Assembly (NCBI GenBank): GCA_001938485.1
Contig: MQRK01234575.1
Span: 1 to 64,000, forward strand
Source of the DNA: Girardia tigrina
Taxonomy: Eukaryota
Direction: 5' to 3'
DNA length: 64,000 nucleotides
The translations under genes were made by a program, and so were the position numbers. Below the pieces are notes generated by a model. It ran no database searches and had not been told where the DNA came from. It was given only the letters and a program-made list of their open reading frames with translations. Positions 30,101 through 45,100 of this stretch are shown in pieces (position 1 is the stretch's first letter; every line of letters starts with the position of its first letter).

Positions 30101-33100
30101 CATTATTATTAATTTAAGTAATTTTAGAAATTCTATTAATGTAAAATGAAATATAATTTATAAATACTTGCAATGAGAATAATTTTATATTTGTGAGCAG
30201 TATTTGTAACGTCAATATCAGAAGTCATTTTACTCAAATAATATCTTTATAAAACAACATTCAAAAAATTTTCCATCCATCAAATCAAAAATAACATTCA
30301 ACTTTTAAATTTTTAAATGAAACTATTTATCAAAATGATTATATATATTTAATGTTTTAAAAATACTTAATGTTAAAATTTGTTTTTTTACTTTAATTCT
30401 TTTAAAATGTTTTTTTTATAATTTTGTTTTTCAACGAAATCTTAAATATTGTTTTTTTAATTTTTTCGTTGTTTTTATAAAAAACCATTTTTTAATATTT
30501 TATTATTTTAGAAAGTTTAGAAATAAGTTATATTTAAAAAATACGTCATTTTTTTATTTTTTTAAATATTTATTTTTTTAATCATATCAATAAATTAATT
30601 TAAAATTTGAAAATACATTTTTGCAAATATTAATATTTTTTAATTGGATTTAAATTATTTTAAAAATACTGTTTTATTTGTTATCTGTTTTGATCACTCA
30701 TTTTTTCTATTAAAATACTATTTTAATTCAAAATAAATTTATAATGTCCTTAAATTCAAATTTAAAATACTTAATTAATTTTTGAAATTTACAATTTGAT
30801 TTTAATTCAAAATAATCTTTTTTAAAAATATTTAAATTTTGATCAACGAACCAAAATTAATCACCTCCTCATAATATTAATAACTGGTGGATATTGTAAA
30901 AACTATATACCACAAAACCCCTTGGATATGAATGTAAAATTAAAATATACATTACATTTCTACAATGGGTTATTTTATAAAGAAAACATGTCACAGTTTT
31001 TGACAATTAGTGATGTATATCTCTCAAAGATTCCAAATCATATTTCATTCTGCAGATGCAATTGTAGTTATACTAATAAATGTGTCATCATTCATATTTA
31101 TCACTTCGATTATAATAAATTAATGACACAGAAATAAAGCTTAAACAACGAATATTATTGAAAAAAGATTAAGAGTTACAAATGTCTCCAGAAAATATTC
31201 ATAATTATGATTTGGACGAGAATGGCATTGAAAATAAGTTAATAAACAAAATATAAAAATAATAATTCTTTATCGATTAAGATATTTTTCTTTCTGTGTT
31301 CTGGCCGACCCTCAGGTTACCCCGAGGATCGGATGGTAACATATGAGACGCAGCAATTGAAATCTTTGATGTTGGGCCCATTGAAATAAAAATTTTCATT
31401 GAATTTTAAATTTAACGCTTGAAAACCGGACAGTGTCACCATGAATCGACAAATTGGACATCTAATTGAATCACATTCAAATAAATCATCGTCATATTCA
31501 CCATCGACACCGCCATCGCGACCTCATAAGGCCGAATCGATTCCAAAATCCATTAAATAGTGATTTCGGTGCCAAGATCGAGTAAATGTAGCCTTATCAT
31601 GAATAAAATCATCTGTTTGGGGAGAATTCACCTGATTCACTTCCTCATTCATCACTCAAAAATCGCACTTCGAATCTCCAAAATCAATTTCAAAAATATT
31701 TCATTTTGTCATATGTACAAATATCTCCTCCGGAAAGGAATTCATTCAAATTACAATATCGAATTTTTCTAAAACAAAGCTCCACCTCGAGAATACAAAA
31801 TAAGAAAATTCGTCGTAATCTTTTTTATTCAACAAAATCATAAATCATCCACAACTTTTAAATCCCAAATAATCGATGATCATAATTTCGAATGTTACCA
31901 CATTTAAACCAAAATCGATTTGACCAAAAAAAGAAAATTTATGAACAAATTCGATCGATTTTAATTTCGCCAAATTAAATTACAAACTAATCGATTATAA
32001 CAATTTCCAAACTTTTCTGCAATTTATTTTTTTTTAATTTATGAACAAGAATTCATCAATATTTTTAAACCTTTTTTTGTTGTTTAATTAATTTTTCTTT
32101 AACTTATTATTTAATTTAGCAGCATTTATACATATCAATAACAACAAAAATAAAGAACAAATAAATTATCAGAAATTGTCATTCATATTCTTTTTAATTT
32201 GAAAAGAAAATGTTTTCGAAACGTAAGAAGAGAGAATTATCGGCGATATAAATAAGGATACAATTTCAATTAAAACTAAAACTATAATCATAATTAAACT
32301 GCATCCTGAAAACTAGGTAATGAAATGAAACTTAATACTTTATTAGTTGTAAACATTAGATTGACAGAGAATAATCTTTACCACTAATAAAGTATCAAGT
32401 TTCTTTTCAAATAAATCTAAAACTCATTTGAGTTGGAAAGCAAAACTAGTGTATCGATTTAAATGTCTCATCTTCCACATATGAACTTTTTGTATTCTCG
32501 TCTAATATGACCTTCATTCCCATATTTATAACATAATTTTCATCTCTCTTCTACATTCATAACTTTTATGTTCAAATTCATTGAATTTCAATCACGTTAT
32601 TTTATTTTCCATCATTGAGCGCCTTTAGAGAGTTTCTCATTTTTCTACAGTATATTTTAATATTTCTCCTTTCCTGAGAACATTTCCATATGTTGTTTTC
32701 ACTGAATACATTAGTTTTTCGGACTTCATTACTTTTTCTATTTGATTTATGATATTCTTCATGTCCTTTGTCTCCTCAATTTCTCTAAACTTCATCTCTT
32801 CCTTTACATCGTTGTCTTTTGAACTGTATCTTAATATACATCTTTCCGATTCGTCCGCGGTCTACTAGCGTCTTGCCAATATCATTGATACTTTATTGGC
32901 CTTGGAAAAGTATTGATTTGTTTGTTTTTTCAAGGCCTCTTCTAGATCTTGCACTATTTAACTTTTCTTTTGAAAAACTTCTCAAAGACGGACACCATGC
33001 AGGCCCTTACGCAGGAGGGATTAGGGGTATACATCCCATCCTGAAAATTTTTTTATTATGATTTTAATTACCTCTAAGTTTTTTAATTGAATATAAGTTT

Positions 33101-36100
33101 TGAAGATCAAAGAAATTTTTCTTCCTCAAAACATTAAACATGCTGCAGATAATGAAATCCTCTTATCTATAGAAGCCAGTAAGGAACAATGGCCTAGTGA
33201 TATTAGTTGCACTAATGGAGTATTTTTGGCGAAGTGACGATGTGGAGACATCATTACTGTATTTTCACGCATATAATCCGCATAATATTTTCCTGGCCAG
33301 GGGCATTTTGGGTAGGTAAAATCACATACTACCCGTTGGTTATCATCGTGAAATGTTAGCTGATATCGTCTAAAGTATTTTTAGCATGCGCAACCAACTT
33401 TTAGACCTTGGAAGTAGTGTGCGTCATAGATAAAATCGCATATTATCCGCGGGTTATATGTGTGAAAATACGGTATATTAATCAAAATATCTTTCAATAG
33501 ATTATTTATTCATTTTATAATTAATTGTAACTTTTATTTACATCCTACAATTCACAATATGTTGAAGTTGTTTGCAACTTTAATATTTATGTAATTCTTG
33601 TATAAATGTATGTAATTATGTTTCTCATAAAAGTTATTAAATGTGGTATTTCGATAGAATTATAAAATTTATTATTTTAATAATAATTAATTGAAATTTT
33701 TTAACTTTGAAAATAAAACCTCGAATAATAAAACAAATATTATGTAATAGTATATCGCCCCAGAAATATTTTTCTGCTTACGCACCCAGCTTCATACCTT
33801 TTTATTTCAACTGAAACGTTTTCGTATATTGGTACTAGTTCATGCGATAAGCAAAACCCAAATGTGACGGATAAATGTATTTTACCAATATTACTCAGCA
33901 TTGGCGCACAGGGTAGTGAATCATACATAGACTTTGTATCGGGTAAAACCATTTGACAAATACAAAGTTTTCTGATCCTCTCACACGGCTTCAGATGCAA
34001 GAGTGCAAGCTTTCAATGCACTGGCATGCTTCGGCCTCCCTCTGAGAAATGACGAAATGTTCCTTCGTTCCGTGATTCTGGAAACCTTTGGCTGTATAAA
34101 CGCACTTAGGGCAACGAAGAAATGGACAATGAACACTCCCTTATCCGTTATATTATCCAGCCGAAAACTGAGAACCACACAAGAGATTATTCTTTGACAG
34201 TTCTCATCAGTCACACCGGCAGACACTGGCATATCATGTTCTGCGATCAATTTCAAATGTCCAGTACGTCTTTCTGTTTCTGCTCTTTGTACTACTTGGA
34301 TTTCCGTAGTACCAAAACTTTGGATTCGATGATCAATTAATAAATGTCGTTGTAGCTATAATTATTTTTATAACTTTTGGGACATATGAATGAACCACCA
34401 CATCTTGTATCGTCAGCGACGTGACCAGATGTACAGTCTTAATGTGTTTTGTGAGTTCCTTCTACTCAGCAAATTCTTTAAAGCAAGAATGGAATGTGCT
34501 AGATTGTTAATAGTTTGTTAATATTAATGCTAATAGTTTGATACGTGGCCGAAACATTTTTGGATATTCTTTCTCGTGCTCGACTACCTCTTTCAGTTGC
34601 TCAGATACGGTTCCTTTGATCAGGTGTTTAAATTGCTTATCATTGTCGATAAGCCCTCTTTCGTTTAGACTGTATTCTGTAAAATCTGACTTATTGTTGA
34701 ATATCCAGAGCACATCGCGAGCAATGTGCTGTCTCATCAGTTGCTTATTACGGGAAATGATTCTGTTATTTTCTGAGGTGATCTCAGAGTTTAGAACTCT
34801 TCGAACCTCAATCACACCCTTCCGTGAATTGTATTCATTGAATACTATGCACCTTTTTGCCAGAATCACTCTTGCCCAGTCAGTCCAATCGTCATGCCAT
34901 TGTTGGGGATCCCATCGAGTTTGGTATTCCTGAGAGCCGTCATCGTGCAGCAATTATGGAAGGTTTGTAACCGTGCAAGTATTTCATTTATTAAATAATA
35001 TTTGAAAATGTTCATTTCATGTAACCGTGGAACATTATTTTCTATTCACAAATCTTTATAAATAAATATAGGGTAATATAAATATGGATACGTTATAATT
35101 TTAAAACCTCAATTTTTAAATTGACGATTTCTTAATTTTAGAGTTTAAAAAGTTGTTAAGGTTTACAATTTTAAATTATAACATCAAAATTTTCGTAAGC
35201 ACAAAATTCTAACAATTATTTTTTTAATTTTTGTTCTAAAAATTTTTGAATAAAGATGTTTTAATTTTTGTAATTTTTAATTGCCCTGTGACAACGAATA
35301 ACCAAATCTGCAAAATTTATTTTTAAACAAAACACTGCGACAGATTATTTAAACAAATTTACATCCATACTTTTTCATGCTAAATATTTCATTTATTAAA
35401 TAATATAATATTAATATTAAATATTTCCATTAAATGTTTTTCAATATATTGTAAAATATTTACCAATTTTATATGGTTTTGGCATTTTGAATTTAGTTTG
35501 TTTTTATAAATTTTGAAGTTATGCAGTGTTATTCGGAAATATAAAACTTTTGATTAAAAAATATTTAACTTTTTAATATAAATACCGGATACATATTACA
35601 TATAAAGATTTACATACAAAAATTTGTATTCATATAAATATTTTATCAGGTACTCGTATTTATAGCAAAAAAGTTAGATATTTTTTATATTTTGTAATCA
35701 AAAGTTTTATATTTAGGAATAACACTGTAATATGTAATTTGAATTTTGTAAATAAATTATTTGATGAGAGGAAATTTTAAATTACTTCTCATAAAACAAA
35801 ACAAAATTAAAATTTTTTGTTCAATAAAACATTTGTTTAATAAATATAATTTTAAGAAGATTTACCTGTTGAGACTAGATTTTTTCTTCTCGGCAATGAT
35901 GCAGAAACAGATCCTGTGGTTTTATATCGGTGTGATGAATAAGAATCGTTCCGGGTTTGACTGGATCCGTGATTACCTGCACTTCCATTTGATGATCCAC
36001 TGTTCTTTCTTGCTGTTTGAGGAGTTGTTCGTGTAGAACTCTTGTAAGCATAGCCAGTCAAACTAGAGTTACTACCCTTCATGTTGGACGATTCAGAAGC

Positions 36101-39100
36101 TTAAAATATTTGGAAAATAAAGATTTATATTTGCTATCACGTTAATTATTCCTAACTCCTTACTTCTTGTTACAGAAGATGTCATCAAATTTGTCGATCG
36201 ATCAGGTTGTGTTTTGATTCTCGATCGTGCTTAAAATGGAAATAAAATAATTATTAAAATAAAATCTAATTAAATAAAAGAAATTAAAAATGAAACTGAA
36301 TTTTGTATAATTTCCTCGCAAATTAATATTAGATGTGCCAAATATTTGATATGCGACTTTTCCAAATTAGCTGACACGGAAAAACATAAATAATGATAAG
36401 AATATATCATGTTGCCCATAAAATTGAATAAAACTATACAATTGGGCAAAACAAAGATAAGCAGTTCAATGCCGGACTCAAATATTAAAATCATAAAAAT
36501 TGAAACAGTTTTTAAATCCTTTTCTAATTAATAAAATATTCAGTCACTTTTCAGTAACTATTAATTAATCAATTATGAGAAACATGCTGAATTGCCATGG
36601 AAAGCATAGAATGGGACATGAAATTGATTTTTTAGAGTAGATATCAGTAACTAAGAATACAACTCTGAAAGAATAATAATTACTAATTACTAAAAAAATT
36701 ATAATATTAGTTTTATAAACCTTGTTTAAAAGGGCTTTATTGATTATTTCAATAAATCATTTTTATGTAAAATTTTTTTCCGTTGCGAACCCATTTAAGA
36801 TCCACAACTTTTTCGCGACCCAAAATATAAAAAATTAAAGTAATAATTTTGTGATGTCATTATTATTAATTATCATAAACCACAATTTATTATAAAACAA
36901 ACTTTTACAATATTTTAATACAAAAAATAAGTAGTAATTATTAATTAATCATCATAAAACAATTTATTGAATAAATTATATTCTAAAACAAACTATTACA
37001 ATATTTGACAACGAAAAAAAATCTTTAAATGAGATGAATGATCTTTCTTTTTGCTACATAACAAAACAAAACGGGGACTTCAAAATTTGGCGCCGCGACC
37101 CACAGTTTAAGATACGCTGATCTATATATTTAAAATTAAGAAATTAGCAAAAAAAGAAAGACTTGCATCATTATGTACAATAAAGAAATGATTTTATTTG
37201 GAAAAGAAAAACAATTTGTTGATTAATTTTGTACGAACGCCTTTTGTTTAAATGAATTCATAAGTGTTATTTGGCGGGAAAATTTGTGAGCAAAATTTGA
37301 TCTTGACGATATGAAAATTGTTGACGATGGTAAATCAAATGTAACAAGTTTCTAAATATTCTTTTAAACGAGGATTTTTGGACAATGAGAAAACATTTAA
37401 TGGTTATGAAATCGATAATTGATGTATCGAAAAAACAATCAATGAGCTTTTGTTTTGTCATTCCTTTTCACGACTTAGAGACACTACATCCACAGTGCCT
37501 TGCGATCGCGTTGCGCGTGCTCTACACTAGTTGCAATAGAGTGGGTAAACAATCTTGCAATTCTGCGTTAGATACTTAATGAACTTGGTTTAAAAATTTC
37601 TACATGGCCCGAAAAAAAATTATTTACCTCTTTTTAGTTCATTCATTAAGGGAGAAAAACGAGGTTTCTTAGACAACATTTTTATAATATAATTGAAATA
37701 TTTGAGAAAAGGAATATTCAATAGACTAAAAAAGTTAATATAGATTCTTGCAGCTTAAGTATATTTCCGATTTGATAGGCAGTTCATCTTCTTACAAATC
37801 AAAATTGATTCTTAATTATTTAAAATACATAGAATTCTTTAATTATCTTCATTGTCCGGTACCAACGTAAAAACTCTCTGTCCCTTTAATTAAACTCTTT
37901 CAAAAGAAATAACGATATTTCTAATGCATTGAGTGATAATAAGAATTAATTGTAATATTTACCTAAACTCGAATCCTTATACAATTCCTGCACAGCTACA
38001 AAGCATGTCTAAATTAAAAATATTGGAATAAACTTTCCACATACTTCTGAAAATTATACATGAGATTTATTTATATTCATATGATGGTCAAAGTAATTAC
38101 TGATTTAAACTAAACATTTCCTAAAGATTCATTTAATTGATGAGCATATTCCTGACTTGTGCCGAAACAATTATTACATTAATATGAAGATGTAAATAAA
38201 TGGAAAGTAAAGCACTAGTGCAAAATATATGGTCCTTTTTCAACAAGCGATGAATAAGAAGTACAAACATTATTATACCTCTACCGTTTTTAAATCACAA
38301 ATATTACTAAATAATTTGGCTCACTCAGTGAAGAATAATTGCTTCTTGATTTACCAGTAGTGCATTCATCTCCACTGTCTGACACTGAGCTCTTCTTTAG
38401 CGATTTGCTAGCATAACTACTTGTACCCAGTTTTAGAGTGGACGGAGGACAAATTGTTCTTTGCTTAGTTGAGTTGTTAAATTGTGCCAAAATTTCACCG
38501 GCTGGATGATAAGAAAGCTCTTTTTCAAGAAGACTCCTTCGACCAGAATCCATTAGCATAAGCATCTTGTTAGCTTCTTGAGGAAAGTTAAGAACAAAAC
38601 CGATAAATGCACTAGAAAAGAAAATAGATAGCGAACTAATTAATCATAAATAAACCTGCGAGACATGGCTCTAGCTTCTTGGTCTGCATCTGCCATACCT
38701 TTATCAAGTGCACTTTGAAGATTCAACAGTTGTTTTTCTACGACATTTGGATCCCATGATGTACAAATTATTTCAAGTAATTTTGAAGCATACCTACGAA
38801 AAATAATTAAAATAATCTGATTAGTAAGCTGTTGTTTAAAAAATAGGTTGTTGTATAAGTAATATATAAATATATAATAATCCGTTAAAAAATACTAAAA
38901 AAATAGGTTGATCCATAAGATTAAAGTCACAGAGTAACACAATGAATGAATCATATAGTTGAATCAAATGATGTTCAACTGGAATCCATTCATAATAATT
39001 TTATTATTGATTAATTACAAAGATTTTGTATTTAGAAATTAATAAATTCAAATGCTTTTTTTCTAGTATTGTGAACTAATATTCGAATAAATATTTCTTG

Positions 39101-42100
39101 AAGCACTTTTTAAAACATAGTTAAAAAACATATTAGGGATAAAAATAAGACGACGCATTTCGAGATAATAATAATCTCATAATCAGGTCACAAAATGTAC
39201 TAAGCAAGTACACTATATGGAAACTTGCCGAAAATAAATAAAATTTATCCACTAAATTATTTGATGAAAATAATTTTATTTAACTTTTCCTTAAAATTAA
39301 GAAAAATGCATTACATGCAATCAATTTTTGAATTTTTTTGATTATAAAATAAATAATGACAATTTATAACTTGAAAAGTAATAAAAATAAAATATGCATT
39401 TAATCATCTAAATGGTTAATGTAACACAAACATGCAGTGCAACAACAAAAAGCAGTATAGAAACAAGCGTTCACAAACTTTTGCACCTGACTTTATATAT
39501 ATATATATATATTGGTAAATAGTAACCGGGACGTAAATTATCTTTCAGTTTGACCTTGGACAAACTTTATTAAATATTTGATATTGAAACTGCTCTACTC
39601 TTCCTATTTTGTTTATTAATCAATGGTTTATGTCTGAGTGACACTTATTCACAATACAATTTCTCAAAACAGAAATCAAAGGTAGTTTGAAGAATAATAA
39701 TTTCATTCTTTGAAATGGATTAGGTTTTATAATTGCAAAAATTACAATGATCAAAAACTTCACTCAATGGACTTGGTTGTGAGAGTTCACAAATCAGTGT
39801 TTCTGGATGATTATTTCTTTCCAATTCACACGTTATAATACACGTGAGATTAAAATAGATATAAAATTAGCTTTAGTTTACAGTTAGTTCTCGCTTTAAC
39901 TGTAAGGAAGTCTCTCACTTTGAGTGTACCAATGACTATATCGTAACATTGTCAATATTTTATGAATAGTTTTTTTTTCAAATTTCTAAATCATACATAA
40001 AATGTTCTGCATGATTTTAGAAAGTACCATCTTATCAACTTTTTTGATCAGTTGAGTATTAATTATATCCAATCTTAGTCTAATATTGGTCTCTATTTTC
40101 CCTATTTGGGACCAAGTATTATTAAGTGGTCTTCTGAGGATATTCAGACTATAGTACTCGTACTTATAATAAGAGATAAGAGTCAAAATTGTCAGAAAAA
40201 AATCCTTTAGTCATGCTTTCTTTATATTTCTCTTCATAGATACTTTTTAATATTGTATAAAGTCCTGTGTTTGTTTGTTGATTTTTAATGAAATATTTAA
40301 GATATTCTTTTATTAATTGTTTTATAGATTGGATAATAATTTTTTATTCTAATTATATACATACAATTTATACAGGTAAAATCTCAAAATTTGTAATAAT
40401 TAATAATAAAATAATGGACGAAATTAATTATTGATTTGTTATTATATTTATACAATACATAGATTGTGTCGTTATTCTAATTGAAGGATCACAAACTTCC
40501 TGTATAAGTATGACAGGTAACACAGGAATGGTTCATAGATGGTTCGGAAAACATTTCTTTACCATTGCTAATTTATTTTTTCGAAATAACATAACAAACT
40601 GAGTTTTTTTACAAAAAATATACGAATAATTTTATTTTCTGATTCATCACTTTATATATCTTTTTTTAGATAAAATAAATTTTTCATTAATTTATTTGAT
40701 ATTTGTAAAATAAATGCCGAAAACTAGCAGAATAGATTAATCATTGTAAAACATTAATTTGAATATAATTGTTTCAATTGGCAGAGAATCTGAGATGCTG
40801 GGAAATAATTCTGGATTTCCGAATTACTAACAAATATTTGATATACAGCGGAACTTCTAATAGGCGGACCCCTTCGGGATGTATAATAATGTCCGGTTTA
40901 TAAAGGTATACGGATTTAGGAATTTCATGCCTACTTTTAAAAAAATGTATGCACATATGTTATAAAATATAAAAGTGATCTATAATATAGAGTGACACTT
41001 CTACAAACATGCAAATGAATTTTCAGTCTTTGCTTTGGTTTTCCTCATATGCGACCAAAACCTCAGTTTTACGCTTTAAAATGTAACGTGCTTGCATTTT
41101 TCCTATTTTGAATTCTTTAGCCACTTAACGACAACTTGTCCCACTTGTTTCAAAACATTTTATCAATTTAATTTTTTCGGCTAAAGTTAATTCTTTTCTA
41201 TAGTTTTTTGGAAACTTGAAGTTTGACTTAGATGCATTATTATTATTATTGTTTGATGCTGAGATCATTATGAGAAAATATGTAACATTAAAAATAAATT
41301 ACCAGAAGATTGTTTCCCATTTATTAATCTAATTCGTATCAAATTTATTTCCCAATTTTGGCATTTAATGTGGAATCGGTAAGTCATCCAATATAGAACA
41401 GTATTAAATTCAAAATTCATGCAATATGTTTTGTGTGCAACCCTATGCGCAATTTATGTCAAATATCAACAATTATACTGTCCGCTGTTGGAGGTAAATT
41501 TGCGTGTAGTGTAATAAACTTTGAAAACTGTTTTGTCTCTTGTCCGGAGTGGAGAGTGTCTGTATCTAAGAGCTGATTCAATACACATTAAATCACAGGC
41601 GTGAATGGTGCCTGTAACTTTGTTCGTTCTCGAGGTGTCCGGATAAGGAGGTTCCACTGTATTACCTGTTGTATCCTTGATAGACATCTTTGACTTACAA
41701 ATCATGTTTTTTAAGGTAAGAAAGTACTAGACTAAGTTGTGAAAGTCATAAAATAGATTAGGTGTTTTAGAAGATATGTCTAGGACTATTTCAATTGAAG
41801 TATACTAAAAAGCCCTCCGAATGCTACAAATAATGTCATAAAAACATAATTAAAAATTACTTATAATTTGATATATAATTAACTTTATTTATTAAAAGAA
41901 GCTTAATTATAAAATGATGATAGGATTTTTTCTCCCGCCAAAAAATCCTTTTTTACTGTACTTTGAATAACTTATGGTTTACCAATCAATAAAAAATACA
42001 TCTAATTGAAATAAAAAAATATATAAAAAGAAATTAAAAGTCGGTCCATGTTAAAACCTACCGTCTTGTACCGTTGGATTTAGAGACCATTGCTGAAGAT

Positions 42101-45100
42101 ACGTGAATTAATATTTTTGGAGAAGGAATATTCTGTAAATTACACATAAACCAATGATTAATTTAATTATTTCTACCAACCGTTACAATTATAGAAAGAC
42201 AGACCATACCACTGGTAGACATTATTCGAGCACTGTTTGGTATTAACCCAATTAAGTAAGGCATCATAGCGTCGGCCATTGATTCTGATCGAATTTTGAA
42301 AACATGTGTCAAATAACTGAGTAAATTTCAAAAGAATAATTATATTTTTAATATTAATTCATACGCAACAGTCAGACAGGCTTCTCTGACAACTTGAGAC
42401 CGTAAATCTGATAAACAGGACTGTAATGGCACCTGTAAATTTCTAAGACATGAAATAAATTCTTCATTATTTGACAACGATGACGATATTGACTGAAGAG
42501 TTTTTAACTAAAAAAATAAAATACAGTAGCATTAATTCAAATTTATCTAAACAAATCATTTATTTTAATAAAGATTCTATCAACATCAATTATAACTTAT
42601 TTATATATTGTTCTTTTATATTTCTGAGAAAAAAATTAGGATGTTGTGTTTTGTGGCGTTGTATGCCGTTGAAGAGTGGAGCATCTTCAACCCTAATTCA
42701 TGATTAATATTTTTAATATTTTTTTATTTAAAATTAACGACTGAAATTTAAATATCTAAGAATTATCATTTTGGATAATTCTTAGATTCAATCAAAACAA
42801 AAACATCATACCAATTAAAATGTTATGTTAATTAATCTGTTGTCAATATAAATAATAATCTCAGAGAATTTTCGTTCGAGAAGTTATAGAAGAATATTCT
42901 GTAGATTGCTCGTAAACCCATAATTAAATTAATTAGTCACACACCGGAGAGAGTATATAAAATATATCTTATCTACCGTTATAAAAAGTGATAAATAACA
43001 TCATTTTTTCTTATAAAACTGATTTTCAGTTTTCCGAAGTGAAATAAAATTTGGATAAAATAATTTTTCAAAAAGAAGGAATAATATAGATATTTATAAT
43101 TATTTTCTATAAAAGTCCAAATTCTGGGTAACATTTACTATAATTCAAAAATTAAATAGTGTGAGTAATTCTTTTTTTGAGGCGATTTATTTAAACCATG
43201 TCAGGAGTTTTGTATGGTTAAAATCCGTTAAACTTGATGTTGAAAGAGCAACAAACAGTCATTTTGATGCGCCATCAGCACTCTTCAATGATCCACAATA
43301 CATAGAAAAGCGCGTGATATGATGCGTAAGGTAAAATAATAGAGCAGAAACACACTTAGAATTAACTAGAACATCCCAGTATTGTTATCCGGGCTGATCC
43401 TAAACCTTTAGCACATGCAATGCGACTGAAAGACCCGAGTCATAAGCAACTGCACTTTATATACTACTTATCATAATTCCAATGTAGCATTCATTATACC
43501 CAAAGTAATTCTAATATAAAGGCTGATTAATTCTCTCGTCCCATCCTAAATAACATTACTTAATTAGATTTTTTGACATCGAAGCATGGCGAGAAAAACA
43601 AGATAAAGTACGAAGTAGTGGCAATTTTACATCCATAAAGCTTAAGAAGATAAATAATATCTGGTATAACATTCTTATTTAAGGATATAACAGATCATTC
43701 ATTCCAAAAGAATTCCGAGAAAGCTTACTAACACGAAACAGGTCACAAAGGATACAAGACAACGGATCAACTTTTGATATTACAAGTCCTATTGAAGAAC
43801 ACAAGTAATGACATACGTGGTGCGTTAAATAAGTAATCGGCTGAAGGTAAAAAAAATGTAATAGCAAATTGTATTTTTTTTGTGTGATTAAATAAATTAA
43901 CCCTTTCCAGCCCATTGTTGCCATATGGCAACATATTTGAAAAAAATTAAATTACAGTTATATCTTTTACCTAATTTAAATTTTACACATAATAATAGTT
44001 TCTAAAAAGTCTAATAGATGAAACTACATATATTAGAATGCAAAAAAGCGCGATTCTCACTTGTTTCTAGAAACAAAACAACAATAAAAATTTTTTTTTC
44101 AAAAATAATAATTTGGGCTGGAAAGGGTTAATACAGGTTTTAATTTCAATAATTGTTTTATTTTATCAAACATTAAAATTTTTATTGCAAAATTTTGAAT
44201 TTTCGTCACTGCGATGATTTCAGATTTCAAATATCGCAGCGTTATCAAGTTCTTTGTGTTGTAGAAGATATGCAGTGAAATTAAAGATCTTTAGAAGTCA
44301 ACTTACCTCTACAACTACCCATCTCTGGCAACTGTTAAATATTGAATCAGAGAGTTTAAATGTCGTCAAACTTCCGTTTGTTGGCCAAGAAAAATCAGAT
44401 CGGCCACAAGAAATTTTTGGCACAGTTGAGGAAAATTTTGAGAAGATGGTCTATGAAAAGTGTCGAATTACCATGAAAATGTGGTCAACGAAGCTCAATA
44501 TCAGTGTTGGTACAGTCCTCGCCAAATCTGTGCTCCAGATTCTTAGCCCTCTTCTTGACTCGTGAAATGATGCAAAACCACTTAGAGTGCAGTCAGAAAA
44601 ACATGAACATGTGAAAGCAGCGTGGTGAGACTTTTCTGCAAATTTAATTACGGAGGATGAAACCCCACTCAATATGTATTTGTCGGAAACAAAGCGTGAA
44701 TCAGTAGAATGGAAAATACCTAGAGAGAAGCAACTTTTGAAGATGCGATCGGGGACAAGTCACAGGCGAGTGATGATACCTTCCGACCCCATATTGAGTC
44801 GCTAGATTTTAAATTAAAATATTTTAATAAAGGAATTTGAAAAACATTTCACGTCATTTTATAATCTTTAACCTTCTATATTTGAAATATATTTCAAAAA
44901 TTGTAAAGCTTCTATGTATGATGTTACTTAATGAAAAAAAATCGGCACAACCGAAATTGGAGCATCTGTGGAGATAACTGATCTTTAGTGATCTCATTCA
45001 ATACTTAAGCAGCATACAATTGGACAACACAAAGAGAAACTTGAGTAATTTAATGTTTATTTCTATAAAGAAGCTAATTGACAAATAGAAACTTAATAAC

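Noticed and set aside
34165-34215. CTGATGA on the minus strand as a hammerhead or SECIS
   Set aside because: No GAAA after the stem and no 3' GA quartet; it is a simple hairpin in the LINE UTR.
29446-35866. Apparent phase break suggesting CLASP is split into two genes
   Set aside because: The 44-nt exon 29494-29537 (phase 1 to 0, canonical sites) restores the frame.
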